A stretch of DNA of 64,000 nucleotides from a virus. The stretch lies in IMG/VR virus record IMGVR_UViG_3300027739_000009, positions 7,635 through 71,634 of that record; one strand, written 5' to 3'. This document shows positions 1 to 9,048 of the stretch, piece after piece. The notes below the pieces were generated by a model. That model worked only from the letters and a program-made list of their open reading frames with translations, searched no databases and had not been told where the DNA came from. Within the stretch, counting starts at the first letter, position 1. Each line of letters starts with the position of its first letter. A program made the position numbers and the translations under genes.

Positions 1-351
1 CAGATCAAACTCAAGGCGGAAAAGCAGGCGGAAGTTCTCATCACCGGTTGGAATCCAGGGGACGCCGGCGGAAAATATGAGAAGTGCATTGGCTCCTTGA
101 TTGCTCAGTCGTCTTGCGGTAAGTTGGTTGGGTCGGTGTCGGGGCTCACCGACGAGCAGCGCATGAGAGATCCTGAGACCTGGATCGGCCGGATCATCAC
201 CGTCACCTTCAACGCAGTTTCCACTTCTGCGAAGACTGACATCCGGTCCTTCGACCACGCCCGTATCGATGGCGATATCCGGCATGACAAGACCGTGGCT
301 GATGATCTGGATTATATCCTCAATGTGAAGGAAGCAAACCGAAACAAGTAA
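1..351 (+). CDS. ATP-dependent DNA ligase, C-terminal OB-fold part (5'-truncated by window edge)
   Basis: Frame +1 is open from base 1: QIKLKAEKQAEVLITGWNPGDAGGKYEKCIGSL...GSVSGLTDEQR...WIGRIITVTFNAVS; matches ligase motif V (K-x-K) and the OB domain of phage ligases. Confidence 0.8.
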   Translation, partial: QIKLKAEKQAEVLITGWNPGDAGGKYEKCIGSLIAQSSCGKLVGSVSGLTDEQRMRDPETWIGRIITVTFNAVSTSAKTDIRSFDHARIDGDIRHDKTVADDLDYILNVKEANRNK

Positions 352-361
352 GGAGACTGAG

Positions 362-547
362 ATGTGCGGACAAGGTAAGCCCTGCAAGGACTGCAGTATG
401 GGTCCTTGCGGGCCCGGCGGCGATTACATGAGGGGTGGAGTTTCCTACACCAACTGTGACAAGTGTGGAGGAGCGAAGCTCTACGGAAAGAAGTGCAAAT
501 GCGAGACTGAGGAGAAAAAGGAAGATGGTAAAAAGAACCGAAGTTGA
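362..547 (+). CDS. Small Cys-rich hypothetical protein
   Basis: AAGGAG RBS upstream; CxxC pairs (CKDC, CDKC). Confidence 0.55.
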   Translation: MCGQGKPCKDCSMGPCGPGGDYMRGGVSYTNCDKCGGAKLYGKKCKCETEEKKEDGKKNRS

Positions 548-983
548 AAGATTTGCTGAGGCTATGGAGAAGAAGCTCCAGCAAAAAGATCCGAAACACG
601 GAGCAACAGGGTGGAAAACCATCCATGCTGAGTACCTGCTGAACAGGATGCAGTCGAAGTTCTGTGAGCTGGATCAGGCCCTGAAGCACGGCAAGTCTGA
701 CGATGTTCTGCGGCAGGCTGTAAATGTGGCGAACTTCTCCATGATGATAGCTGATGTCAGGGGCGGGCTGATGAAGCCCGTCAAGCCAAACGACATGGAG
801 GTGGAGGACTGTAAGAAGAAAACCGTTGTCATCGACGGGCATAACTTCTACCTCACTGTCTGTGACAAGTCGGTGTCGTGCACTATTCCCCGTGAGAACA
901 GTTCAGACAACCATAAGTTGAGAGTAATAATTGATTCCCTGTGTCATGAAATAACCATGCTGCTGGGTGGAGACGACCGATGA
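525..983 (+). CDS. MazG-like (all-alpha NTP pyrophosphohydrolase fold) protein with degenerate acidic motif
   Basis: RFAEAMEKKL...GW...YLLNRMQSKFCEL...RQAVNVANFSMMIAD resembles small phage MazG-like proteins; ATG at 525 preferred over 435. Confidence 0.55.
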   Translation: MVKRTEVERFAEAMEKKLQQKDPKHGATGWKTIHAEYLLNRMQSKFCELDQALKHGKSDDVLRQAVNVANFSMMIADVRGGLMKPVKPNDMEVEDCKKKTVVIDGHNFYLTVCDKSVSCTIPRENSSDNHKLRVIIDSLCHEITMLLGGDDR

Positions 984-1237
984 GTGGGCTTGCAATATCA
1001 ACGACAAAAAGAATTGAGACGGTACCGAGGGAGGAGCTGGTGTCGTACACCATGCTCACTTGCAGGGGTTGTGGGGTCGAGGAGGAGTTCAAAGGAACTG
1101 TTGATTACAACACACTCAGCCACGGTTGGGCTGCTCTGTCTCTAAAAACAATGGACGTCAACAGAGTAACTGACTGGCTGATGTGCCCAAACTGTCAGTC
1201 TAAGGTTAGAAAAGCTGCTGGATTAATACACAAGTAA
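980..1237 (+). CDS. Zinc-ribbon hypothetical protein
   Basis: CRGC...CPNC; ATGA overlap with upstream gene. Confidence 0.6.
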   Translation: MSGLAISTTKRIETVPREELVSYTMLTCRGCGVEEEFKGTVDYNTLSHGWAALSLKTMDVNRVTDWLMCPNCQSKVRKAAGLIHK

Positions 1238-1247
1238 GGAGAAGTTA

Positions 1248-1973
1248 ATGGAACAACTCACATTAAGAGACGGAAGCAAGACCTGGGACCCGAGAGTAGC
1301 CAGCCTCGTGGAGTTTGATGAGGAGAGCAGGGATTACCCTGTATCAACATCTCTGGCCGAGGTTGGGCCAGACAGGCCGCTGATATCGAAGCAGTGGTTG
1401 GCGCCCACCTGTCTTGACCAGGGCATTACTGGAGGGTGTGGTGCGTTCATGATGACACACCTGCTGCTGAATGAGCCTGGGATCGGCGACCCGAAGAAAT
1501 ATTCGGCCAACTTTGCTATTGAAAAGCTCTACTGGCCGGCTCAGGAGAACGACCGGTTCCCTGGAGGAGAGTACCCAGGAGCAGACCCGATCTCACAGGG
1601 AACGTCAATCCTGTCCATCTTGAAGCAGGCCAAGGCGCTTGAAGAGATAGATGGTTATGAGTGGTCGTTTGATTTCCGGACCTTCTTGGAAGGTCTGGCG
1701 TATGTTGGCCCGGTTGGGGTGGGGACCGTCTGGACCGAGGGTATGAATTTTCCGGATCGATTTGGCGCTGTCAGGCCGACCGGGAGGGTGATCGGCAGGC
1801 ATGCCTACCTCTTCTACGGGATCAACATCCGGACCAGGATGCTCTCCTGCCTGAACAACTGGGGTAAGAAGTGGGGCCTGGCCGGTAGATTCCAAATGTC
1901 CTTTGATACGGCCGAGCGGCTGCTGATTGCGAGGCGAGGTGAGATGGTGTTCGTCAAGAAACGGAGGAGATAA
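1248..1973 (+). CDS. Papain-like cysteine peptidase (C1 family)
   Basis: DQGITGGCGAF (oxyanion Gln and catalytic Cys), GRHA (His), NNWGKKWGLAG (Asn, NSWG-type motif). Confidence 0.85.
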   Translation: MEQLTLRDGSKTWDPRVASLVEFDEESRDYPVSTSLAEVGPDRPLISKQWLAPTCLDQGITGGCGAFMMTHLLLNEPGIGDPKKYSANFAIEKLYWPAQENDRFPGGEYPGADPISQGTSILSILKQAKALEEIDGYEWSFDFRTFLEGLAYVGPVGVGTVWTEGMNFPDRFGAVRPTGRVIGRHAYLFYGINIRTRMLSCLNNWGKKWGLAGRFQMSFDTAERLLIARRGEMVFVKKRRR

Positions 1974-2413
1974 TGGAACCAGATTTAGGAATACAAGATC
2001 CTATGGGTTGGGTCGGTGGGTGGCTCGAGCCACCCAAAGGAGATGTGGAGAAAGTCATCCACATGATTTATAAACTGGCTGGAAGACCATCTGCTGAAGA
2101 CCACAAGCGATACCCTATGTACCACCCGATGGTAGCAGGAACGGGTAGAATGGGGTTTCAGTACGTGAGTGAGTACAAAGGGACAGCTTCCGGGGAGTCG
2201 TGGGAGGTTCCTCAGTGGACTTTGGTGGCTGCTTTGAATATAAATCAACTGGCAAGAGATGCGGAGAGCATCGGCCGTGAGCTTGGGTATGACAGTGGCC
2301 TGGCGGTTGGTAAGTCATTCGTAAAGAGACTGGCAGCTGGGACTATGGACCCATCAACATTTGAAGACGCCGACAGTCGGGACGATCGCCGGCTCAACCG
2401 GAAAAGGTGGTAA
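1973..2413 (+). CDS. Hypothetical protein
   Basis: 146-aa ORF coupled to neighbours. Confidence 0.55.
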   Translation: MEPDLGIQDPMGWVGGWLEPPKGDVEKVIHMIYKLAGRPSAEDHKRYPMYHPMVAGTGRMGFQYVSEYKGTASGESWEVPQWTLVAALNINQLARDAESIGRELGYDSGLAVGKSFVKRLAAGTMDPSTFEDADSRDDRRLNRKRW

Positions 2414-2415
2414 CC

Positions 2416-2616
2416 ATGGACCGTAGAAAGATTAGAAAGTTGGTTGAGGATATCAGGATCTACTCGAATGAGGCCGGTATGGCGCAGGCATGCCTGGCTG
2501 AGGGCGCAGCTGATATCCATAATAAGAAAGTCGATACGTTGAAACAGGAGCTGTTCGAAGAGCTGGGGATCGACAAGATCAACTCAGCTGAAACCCCAAT
2601 GCATATTCAGGTTTGA
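2416..2616 (+). CDS. Hypothetical protein
   Basis: ORF in operon context with RBS. Confidence 0.55.
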   Translation: MDRRKIRKLVEDIRIYSNEAGMAQACLAEGAADIHNKKVDTLKQELFEELGIDKINSAETPMHIQV

Positions 2617-2624
2617 GGTGCCGC

Positions 2625-2834
2625 ATGCAAGAGTTTGAAGAGATAGACAAAACCCAACTCACTTTTGGAAAATACCAGGGTGACACTCCACTGGAGGTGT
2701 CACAGATCGACCCAGACTACATCGTCTGGATGTATGAGAACATGGATGACCCTCCCTGTTCGGAAGAGTTGTACGAGGCATGCGTTGAAGGGGAAGTTGA
2801 AGATCTTTTGGATAAAATGGGAGGGATGGAATGA
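2625..2834 (+). CDS. Small acidic protein with FGKY motif (exodeoxyribonuclease X C-terminal-like / DUF3820-like)
   Basis: LTFGKYQGDTPLEVSQIDPDYIVWMYEN; GAGGTG RBS before ATG 2625. Confidence 0.6.
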   Translation: MQEFEEIDKTQLTFGKYQGDTPLEVSQIDPDYIVWMYENMDDPPCSEELYEACVEGEVEDLLDKMGGME

Positions 2835-3637
2835 TCAAGGTTATTGAGCAGTACCATAAGGTGATCGGGGAGTGTCCGGAGGAGAAGATCGAGGCCCTCG
2901 GAAGGGTTGAGGACGTGGCCCGGGTATGCTATCAGTCTCAGGACAAGAAGACTGCTGAATCATATCGGGCAATGATTGATAAGCTAACTATGAATGAACA
3001 TCTGGCCATGATCGAGCACTCTCAGCTTGTCATAACCTGCAAAATCCCCCAGAGGATCTTTGAGAAATCAAAATTCATCCACTCTGCTGTGCACGACGGG
3101 CAGATTGTCTATGCTGGGAACTACCGGGCCTTCATGGAGGCATCAGGATTTTCCACGGTAGATCAGCTGGACGTGTATCGCAGCAACCAGCTGAAGGGGG
3201 AGGAAATCCCCTGGTGGGCCAAGGCAGTCACGGTTCAGTTCATCACCAACCGGGCCATGAGTCATGAGATGGTCCGACACCGGCCCGCGTCCTTTGGTCA
3301 GCTTTCACAAAGATACGTCGACCACACCAAAGGAATATCCTTCATCAAGCCAATCCGGTTCCGCGGTAAAGAAGAGCATAACCCGAAATATGACAACTGG
3401 CTTGCTGGAATGGAGGCGGCTGAAGAGCGGTACCGGATGTCCAGGGAGTATGGAGAGAGCCCACAGGAGGCCAGGGACTTGCTACCGAACAGTACCATGA
3501 CTGAGATTTGGATCACGGCATCACTTCCTGAGTGGAGCCACATCTTCAAACTGAGAACTTCTAAGGCTGCAGATCCTACCATGAGGGATCTGATGATACC
3601 TGTCAAAGAGGATTTTATAATCGAGGGTTGGGCGTAA
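2831..3637 (+). CDS. thyX: FAD-dependent thymidylate synthase
   Basis: ThyX signature SHEMVRHRPASFGQLSQRY; ARVCYQS, HLAMIEH, ARDLLPNS, FKLRT motifs. Confidence 0.95.
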   Translation: MIKVIEQYHKVIGECPEEKIEALGRVEDVARVCYQSQDKKTAESYRAMIDKLTMNEHLAMIEHSQLVITCKIPQRIFEKSKFIHSAVHDGQIVYAGNYRAFMEASGFSTVDQLDVYRSNQLKGEEIPWWAKAVTVQFITNRAMSHEMVRHRPASFGQLSQRYVDHTKGISFIKPIRFRGKEEHNPKYDNWLAGMEAAEERYRMSREYGESPQEARDLLPNSTMTEIWITASLPEWSHIFKLRTSKAADPTMRDLMIPVKEDFIIEGWA

Positions 3638-3640
3638 AGC

Positions 3641-3678
3641 AAGAAGGCCCGGTGGAGAGATCCACCGGGCCTTTTCTT
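3641..3678. terminator. Bidirectional intrinsic terminator between the convergent thyX and endolysin genes
   Basis: AAGAAGGCCCGGTGGA-gaga-TCCACCGGGCCTTTTCTT, with A-rich and T-rich flanks. Confidence 0.85.
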
Positions 3679-4156
3679 ATTTCTTGAGCCAGAGAGCTAT
3701 CTCTTTCTCTCGCCTGTTGATCAGGCCTTCGACTATCCTGCCATTGTCCCTAACCCATCTCCGCATCTGGGCCGGGATCTCTTCATAGAGACCGAGGTTC
3801 AGCTTCTTGAGAAGGGTTGACCCAGCAAACCCTGCTTTCCCAGTACCGATATTGAATACGAAACTGACCAGGGCGTCAAATTGGTTTTGTGTGAGAGGAA
3901 CATTGACCAAGTCATTGATTGCCTTGACAGCGACCCAGGAGTCCTGTTTGGCCAGGGCCTCAATCTGGTTGTCTGTCAGACCGCCAGCATACCTAACCGG
4001 GGCGGAACCGATGATGATCTTACCTGACTTACGCTCAGAATTTGTAAGCAGATGTCCAATACCTATGGTTGGCTCACCTCCGGAGTCAGGATAAACATTA
4101 CTGTCACGACCCTCTATCTCTTCGAGGTGTTTGAAATAGGCTTTACTCACGTTCAT
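3677..4156 (-). CDS. Endolysin, GH24 (phage lysozyme/muramidase)
   Basis: EIEG...YPDSGGEPTIGIGH (E-x8-D-x5-T triad), LTQNQFDALVSFVFNIG, GLINRREKE; start at MNVSK. Confidence 0.92.
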   Translation of the reverse strand: MNVSKAYFKHLEEIEGRDSNVYPDSGGEPTIGIGHLLTNSERKSGKIIIGSAPVRYAGGLTDNQIEALAKQDSWVAVKAINDLVNVPLTQNQFDALVSFVFNIGTGKAGFAGSTLLKKLNLGLYEEIPAQMRRWVRDNGRIVEGLINRREKEIALWLKK

Positions 4157-4164
4157 TTTTTCCT

Positions 4165-4596
4165 TCATGGTGCTATTAGAACCTCCTTGCCTCCGCTTGG
4201 GAGTATGCTTGATCCGCCGAACCGGCAAACGCCTTCCTCTACATAGGCCGCCCTGAACTTCCACATGCCGTCGACGACACATTGATCGTGGAGGAACCGA
4301 TCGGCAAGAGCCTTACATTTAGCTGGGAGATGACCTTCCCTGATAAGCTGGTACAGGCCGTCGTGCCCGAATGCACCTCTCATAAACGACTTGGTATCAA
4401 CAGAAGGCCCAGACGGGCCGTCAGAGGCATAACCTCTGGCCAGGGTGAGCTGGCCAAAGGTGTCCAGGCGGATCCAATCAGTCTGGATATTGAAACCGAT
4501 GATCGGGGTGTAGACCGACATCGGCCGGCGAAGCTGGTACTTGTACCCTTTCGAGTACTCTACATGATCAGAAGTTGGATCTTCCCAGATGTCCAT
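4165..4596 (-). CDS. DUF1353-like protein
   Basis: GYASDGPSGP...MRGAFGHDGLYQL...ADRF pattern typical of DUF1353, which often sits beside phage lysis genes. Confidence 0.65.
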   Translation of the reverse strand: MDIWEDPTSDHVEYSKGYKYQLRRPMSVYTPIIGFNIQTDWIRLDTFGQLTLARGYASDGPSGPSVDTKSFMRGAFGHDGLYQLIREGHLPAKCKALADRFLHDQCVVDGMWKFRAAYVEEGVCRFGGSSILPSGGKEVLIAP

Positions 4597-4597
4597 A

Positions 4598-5119
4598 TCA
4601 GTAGTACAGGTAAAGGGTTCTTGGGTGGCGCCCAAAAGGACTGTGGGCGAAGTAGCCGCCTATTGGGCTGTTCCTGAAGACAAATCCGTTATGGGTTCCG
4701 GACCGTATTCTATTCGCATAGTTGAGCTTGATCCTGTAGCCAACCCGAGGCATGTCAGAAAACACCACAACCGCAGTTTGGCCAAGGTATCCAAAACGTG
4801 GACTCAGGCGGAAGGACTGCCTCCCTCCGTTGGCCACGGCGTAGGTGTTGGTGGTCTTCACAGCCTGGCCACCCTGCTGGGCTGACAGGTAACTGCCGAT
4901 CATGTTGGTTCCGGCCACCGGCACAGCAGAGGCAGTGGTTTCTGGCCCTCCTCCAGGCCCAAACTCCTCGTCTACGTCAAACAGCTTGTCGTCATCGTCC
5001 TGAACCCCGGTAGTCTTCACGCCGCCGGTTGGGGTCTTGTCGTCTCCATCGCCTTTATGGCAGCCGGCCAGCAGCAGAAACAACGACAACAGACACATCA
5101 AAATTACCCGACCTCTCAT
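4598..5119 (-). CDS. Lipoprotein
   Basis: Basic N-terminus, hydrophobic stretch and lipobox LLAG/C. Confidence 0.75.
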   Translation of the reverse strand: MRGRVILMCLLSLFLLLAGCHKGDGDDKTPTGGVKTTGVQDDDDKLFDVDEEFGPGGGPETTASAVPVAGTNMIGSYLSAQQGGQAVKTTNTYAVANGGRQSFRLSPRFGYLGQTAVVVFSDMPRVGYRIKLNYANRIRSGTHNGFVFRNSPIGGYFAHSPFGRHPRTLYLYY

Positions 5120-5129
5120 AACTTTCTCC

Positions 5130-5438
5130 TCATTCTGGTTTTGGATATTTAGCCTTTACGGCTTTACAGGCGTCAATATAGTCCTGAATAGCTTTCTTGT
5201 CATCTTTAACCACAGCGTCCAGGTAATCCGCGACAGGAGGATACTCTTTTTTCCTCTTGGCTATGTAGGATATGGACTCCTCGTATGCGTTGAGACGAGC
5301 CATCTCAGCCAGGAGTTCTGCTTCGGTTGGAGGATCCTCATTCGGCTCATTCCAAAACAATCTGGAGTATTCATTATTCTCAAGTATCCAAGACCTTCCT
5401 GGCTTTAGAGACAGGAGGGCTGCTGACATATCTGCCAT
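5130..5438 (-). CDS. Putative tail fibre assembly/accessory protein
   Basis: Y...R..EYP...DYLDA...VKAKYPKP motif common in small genes that follow phage fibre genes. Confidence 0.55.
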   Translation of the reverse strand: MADMSAALLSLKPGRSWILENNEYSRLFWNEPNEDPPTEAELLAEMARLNAYEESISYIAKRKKEYPPVADYLDAVVKDDKKAIQDYIDACKAVKAKYPKPE

Positions 5439-5450
5439 TGTTTTCCTCTG

Positions 5451-6278
5451 TTAAACTGCTATTTCCATTATCCAGCCTGAAGACACACCGGCCTCATAAT
5501 AATAACCCGTTGATGGGGTATACGACAGTGCTCTATTCACCGAGAAACTAGCAGCAGCTCCGTTTCTCACCCCAGGAGCGAATGTCATGGCTGTCGTCGC
5601 TCCAGCTGTGGCTGAATAGTTTACTGGAAAGGTGAAAGGGGTACTGTCAGTATTTTGGTCGTAGACGCCGTTGGATATACACGAGCCGCCTACGTTGCCT
5701 GAAACTGAGTTATACCCAACAGGAGTTGTGGTTATTAATGCTCCTCCCTTACAAATAACAAAGCACGTATTTTCATTACCTTCTCCGTGGATATGCCACT
5801 GCATGAGGAGAAGACTGGTAGAGTACTTAGGGGTTATTGTAAGGTTCAGGCCTGTTAGAATAGTAGGTGTCGTTGACGCCGGGATAGACAATACAGACTG
5901 GGTGTCATACCTGACCGTAACAACCTGCACTACGGTTCCAGGCACCTGCAGTGCGCCTTTGTCCGCCTTAAGATAATGACCTGTTGGTACTGTGACTATG
6001 TTACTGGCAGACGCTCTGCCTTTCAGGGAGTCTGTAGATACTGCTGGGGTATCTAACGAGTGGCCGGCTGGAATTAATATCGCATTGCTGTTTACTGACA
6101 GACCACGAAGCTCACCAACAGACAGCATGTTCACCACGTCAGCAGGATTTCCTCCTGGAGTGACACCATCCTGTAGAACAAGAATGTTCTTGTCGGTGTC
6201 CATGGTAAGTTCCTCTTTCTCACCAACGTAGGTAGAGAGCTTGGCTGTTGTTCCTCGTTTTACCAGTATGGATGACAT
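5451..6278 (-). CDS. Tail fibre/adhesin with Mtd-N-like N-terminal domain
   Basis: ILVKRGTTAKLSTYVGEKEELTMDTDKNILVLQDGVTPGG matches the major tropism determinant N-terminal motif; beta-rich C-terminal domain (GTVVQVV...ITPKYSTSLLL). Confidence 0.7.
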   Translation of the reverse strand: MSSILVKRGTTAKLSTYVGEKEELTMDTDKNILVLQDGVTPGGNPADVVNMLSVGELRGLSVNSNAILIPAGHSLDTPAVSTDSLKGRASASNIVTVPTGHYLKADKGALQVPGTVVQVVTVRYDTQSVLSIPASTTPTILTGLNLTITPKYSTSLLLMQWHIHGEGNENTCFVICKGGALITTTPVGYNSVSGNVGGSCISNGVYDQNTDSTPFTFPVNYSATAGATTAMTFAPGVRNGAAASFSVNRALSYTPSTGYYYEAGVSSGWIMEIAV

Positions 6279-6281
6279 GAG

Positions 6282-6881
6282 TTACGGGTTGATCCCTTTC
6301 TTCTTGGTTTGATATTCCTGAATCAGATTATTAAAGTCACATCCAGTAAGACCATACTTCTTGCCAACTTCCTCAAACCTGTAGAGGTAAACCGTGGTGA
6401 ACCTGAGGTTCGGAGGAAGCCAGTCATCAGGACCTTTGGCGCCCTTCGATCGATTCACATCTGCGGCTACGGCGAACAAGTTAATTGGGTCGTTGGCAAA
6501 CTCTTCTCTCTTCCCATCTGACCAGACATTCGCCCCGTGATTCCAGGCCCACTCGAGCGGAACCACATGGTCGACATCCATCTTGCCTGGGTCCATGATC
6601 ACGTCCCCGGTGTATGGGCAGACCCAGACCCCAGATACAATCTTATTACCATCTGTTGACAGTAATTTCAAACCATTAACTGTCAGGGCCTGATTTATTA
6701 AAACCTCGGCCCTGGTGTTGAATCCGTCGTTGTCGGCGTCGACCCAGTGGTTGAAGGATCCCCTGTCGTAATCACTGGCGTTGATTATAAAAGCCAGCCC
6801 AAAAGTAAATAGCCCTCCTACGAGAAGGAAGGCTACTATTTTTGAATACAGTCCATCTTGCGGTTTTCTTAATTCACACAT
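6282..6881 (-). CDS. Exported HNH-type endonuclease (DUF1524 family)
   Basis: N-terminal hydrophobic segment; WVCPYTG, DVDHVVPL, FANDPINLFAV...NRSKGAKGPDDWLPP. Confidence 0.85.
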   Translation of the reverse strand: MCELRKPQDGLYSKIVAFLLVGGLFTFGLAFIINASDYDRGSFNHWVDADNDGFNTRAEVLINQALTVNGLKLLSTDGNKIVSGVWVCPYTGDVIMDPGKMDVDHVVPLEWAWNHGANVWSDGKREEFANDPINLFAVAADVNRSKGAKGPDDWLPPNLRFTTVYLYRFEEVGKKYGLTGCDFNNLIQEYQTKKKGINP

Positions 6882-7254
6882 TAGCGACTTCCTTCCCCTT
6901 TTCTTTCACTGCCTCTATGACAGCTTTCTTGAGTTCAGTTCTGCTTCCGGTAAAATACACCATAATCTTATAAACGAAAGTCAGAAGAATTCCAAGACTT
7001 CCCATATCAGAAATCTCTTTTATTGAGGAAACCTCCTGACGAGAGGCCTGGTATATCTCTGCCATTTCCTTGGCCGTCTTGGCTGCGTTAAGGAGCGTGT
7101 CCTCTGGAGACACGTTACCAGCCATGGCATTTATAGCATGGTTACCAAGAGCCAACAGGTCTACCCCGGTGAGCTGTGTGACAGCTGTGGAAGCGGCAAC
7201 CATGAGCAAAAGAAACATCTGCCCTTCAAGGGACTTTATAGCTGGTTTCAACAT
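6874..7254 (-). CDS. Holin candidate (two hydrophobic segments, basic C-terminus)
   Basis: MFLLLMVAASTAVTQLTGVDLLAL and SLGILLTFVYKIMVYFTG; GGAGA RBS; lies in lysis region. Confidence 0.4.
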   Translation of the reverse strand: MLKPAIKSLEGQMFLLLMVAASTAVTQLTGVDLLALGNHAINAMAGNVSPEDTLLNAAKTAKEMAEIYQASRQEVSSIKEISDMGSLGILLTFVYKIMVYFTGSRTELKKAVIEAVKEKGKEVANV

Positions 7255-7306
7255 TGTCTTCTCCATAAGTGGATCTGGCTGCATAAAGCAGCCAGATCTA
7301 CGATCT

Positions 7307-7930
7307 TTATATCGCCACTTCTTCATAAACCAGGGAGAGCAGGACCAACGGAGTGGTACCGGCACCGGCAATACCCTGCATGCAGAGGACAGAGCCAGGG
7401 GTGACACAGATGGCACCATCAACCAGATCAAGGGCCGGGTCAGGTGGAACTGCAGTCGTTCCAACGAAGGCACCAAGCACGAAGGCTGGTCTGAGGATGG
7501 TCGGGGTAGCTGCCAAGGTTGAGCCTTGGAAAGCGCGGCCTACTCCTCTTGGCATACCGATCATGCTGCACTGAGGGATAAGCTCAGTACCAGTTGTCGG
7601 GACAGTGGCCTGGGACGGGACGATCGCATAGACGATAGAGCCGCCGCCGAGGGTGCCAGAGATGTAACCCATATAGCTTTTCAGGATGAACAAGTTCTTA
7701 CCTGAAGATGGCGGGTTCCACAAAGCCAGCGGAGGCGTAGTGGACAGGGCGGTACCAGGGGCAACACCGGCAACCGGGGTGCAAGCCTCCATGATGCCAG
7801 CTCTCATAGCTGGCTCGGTGAAAGCACCATGGCCTGAAGCAGTAATGAGAGCGCCAGTCCTTCCTGCCCTGGCAACAGACATAGCCCCTGCTCCGATAGT
7901 TACCATTCCTTCTCTGAGATCACATTGCAT
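7307..7930 (-). CDS. Putative virion structural protein (Ala/Gly/Pro/Thr-rich, beta-rich)
   Basis: 207-aa ORF in late operon; GGAG RBS. Confidence 0.45.
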   Translation of the reverse strand: MQCDLREGMVTIGAGAMSVARAGRTGALITASGHGAFTEPAMRAGIMEACTPVAGVAPGTALSTTPPLALWNPPSSGKNLFILKSYMGYISGTLGGGSIVYAIVPSQATVPTTGTELIPQCSMIGMPRGVGRAFQGSTLAATPTILRPAFVLGAFVGTTAVPPDPALDLVDGAICVTPGSVLCMQGIAGAGTTPLVLLSLVYEEVAI

Positions 7931-7941
7931 GACAATACTCC

Positions 7942-9045
7942 TTATCTAAATTCTGTGAACCCCTTCGGGAGGGGCAGGTTAAATGCCTGAGCCAGCAAGC
8001 TATTGGTCAGGGCTTGTTGCAGAAGCAACTCTTCTATTTTTGTAACAAGATCCGGCATTGCTACCAGGAGCTTATTCGTGTTCTCTTCTTGGGCGAGTGG
8101 GAGGCCTTGTGAAGCTCCTACCTCTACCCTCAGCCTTCTGTACTTCTGAGGGTATCTCGCATACTTGTTGTCAGCGTAAGCGGTTGGCTGAGGTGGGCTA
8201 ACAGAAGGAGCTATAATCTGTTGGAGTTGCTCAATGAACGATGGAGAGTACAGCGGAGTTCCACCAACCGAGGACGCAAAGTTAGTATCTGATGTGGTTT
8301 GCGAAGTGGGGAAAGTCTGGGCAGGCCGAGCTGCATCTGCTGCCATTGCTACAGAGCAGATCCCAGATGTGTAGGTGGAGTACCTGCATCTAATATACTT
8401 TATCCCCGCGCAGTTGAACGAAAAGATATTATTTGCTGTCGATGAGGTGACCACTGACCCGCCTGAAGTGGTGACTCCGGCGTTAGCAAATATAGCTGCT
8501 CCTGCTATAAGGGTGAAGTCAGCTCCATTGACGCTGGCCTCAAAGGAAATGGTACCTGCCCATGTCCCACTCAGCTGAACAGCGACAGTATTCATCCCCT
8601 CGCAATCGATCCTGACCTCAGAGTTCAAGCCGATCAGGTTTTTTATCTGGCTTCTACGCTTGTAGACAGTGGAGGTTTTTACTCCCTGCTGATCTGTTAT
8701 GGGCTCTGGACCGAACACCCTCTCCATGTGGGTGTCCCGGACGAATGACTCCTCAACACCCAGGATGTCAAGAGATGAAGTATTCTGAACCGGCACATAG
8801 GCCCAGATCTGCAAGGCATCGGCAGCAGACATGGCTGTGGTGTCCACAGCCAGAGTTATTACATTATTGGCTATGGTCGCGGCTGATTCGTCTGAAGCGA
8901 AGTTGAAAAGCTCAGCCTTAGCTGTCAAGTTGGTGATCAGGAGGAGATTCTCAAGTGCGAAAGCAGGGCATTTTGTCAGAGTGATCGTTCTGGCTGCTGG
9001 GTTAAAAACATAACCACCAAGGTCATGACCAATAAGTCGTTTCAT
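7942..9045 (-). CDS. Putative tail tip/fibre protein
   Basis: GGYVFNPAARTITL...ENLLLITN...FNFA N-terminus seen in virion proteins; central jelly-roll-like segment (VQLSGTWAGTISFEASVNG). Confidence 0.5.
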   Translation of the reverse strand: MKRLIGHDLGGYVFNPAARTITLTKCPAFALENLLLITNLTAKAELFNFASDESAATIANNVITLAVDTTAMSAADALQIWAYVPVQNTSSLDILGVEESFVRDTHMERVFGPEPITDQQGVKTSTVYKRRSQIKNLIGLNSEVRIDCEGMNTVAVQLSGTWAGTISFEASVNGADFTLIAGAAIFANAGVTTSGGSVVTSSTANNIFSFNCAGIKYIRCRYSTYTSGICSVAMAADAARPAQTFPTSQTTSDTNFASSVGGTPLYSPSFIEQLQQIIAPSVSPPQPTAYADNKYARYPQKYRRLRVEVGASQGLPLAQEENTNKLLVAMPDLVTKIEELLLQQALTNSLLAQAFNLPLPKGFTEFR

Positions 9046-9048
9046 ACG

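Noticed and set aside
5451-6278. Diversity-generating retroelement suggested by the Mtd-N domain
   Set aside because: No reverse transcriptase, no Avd-like gene and no TR/VR repeat pair differing at adenines is visible in the window; the C-terminus is not a recognisable C-type lectin fold.
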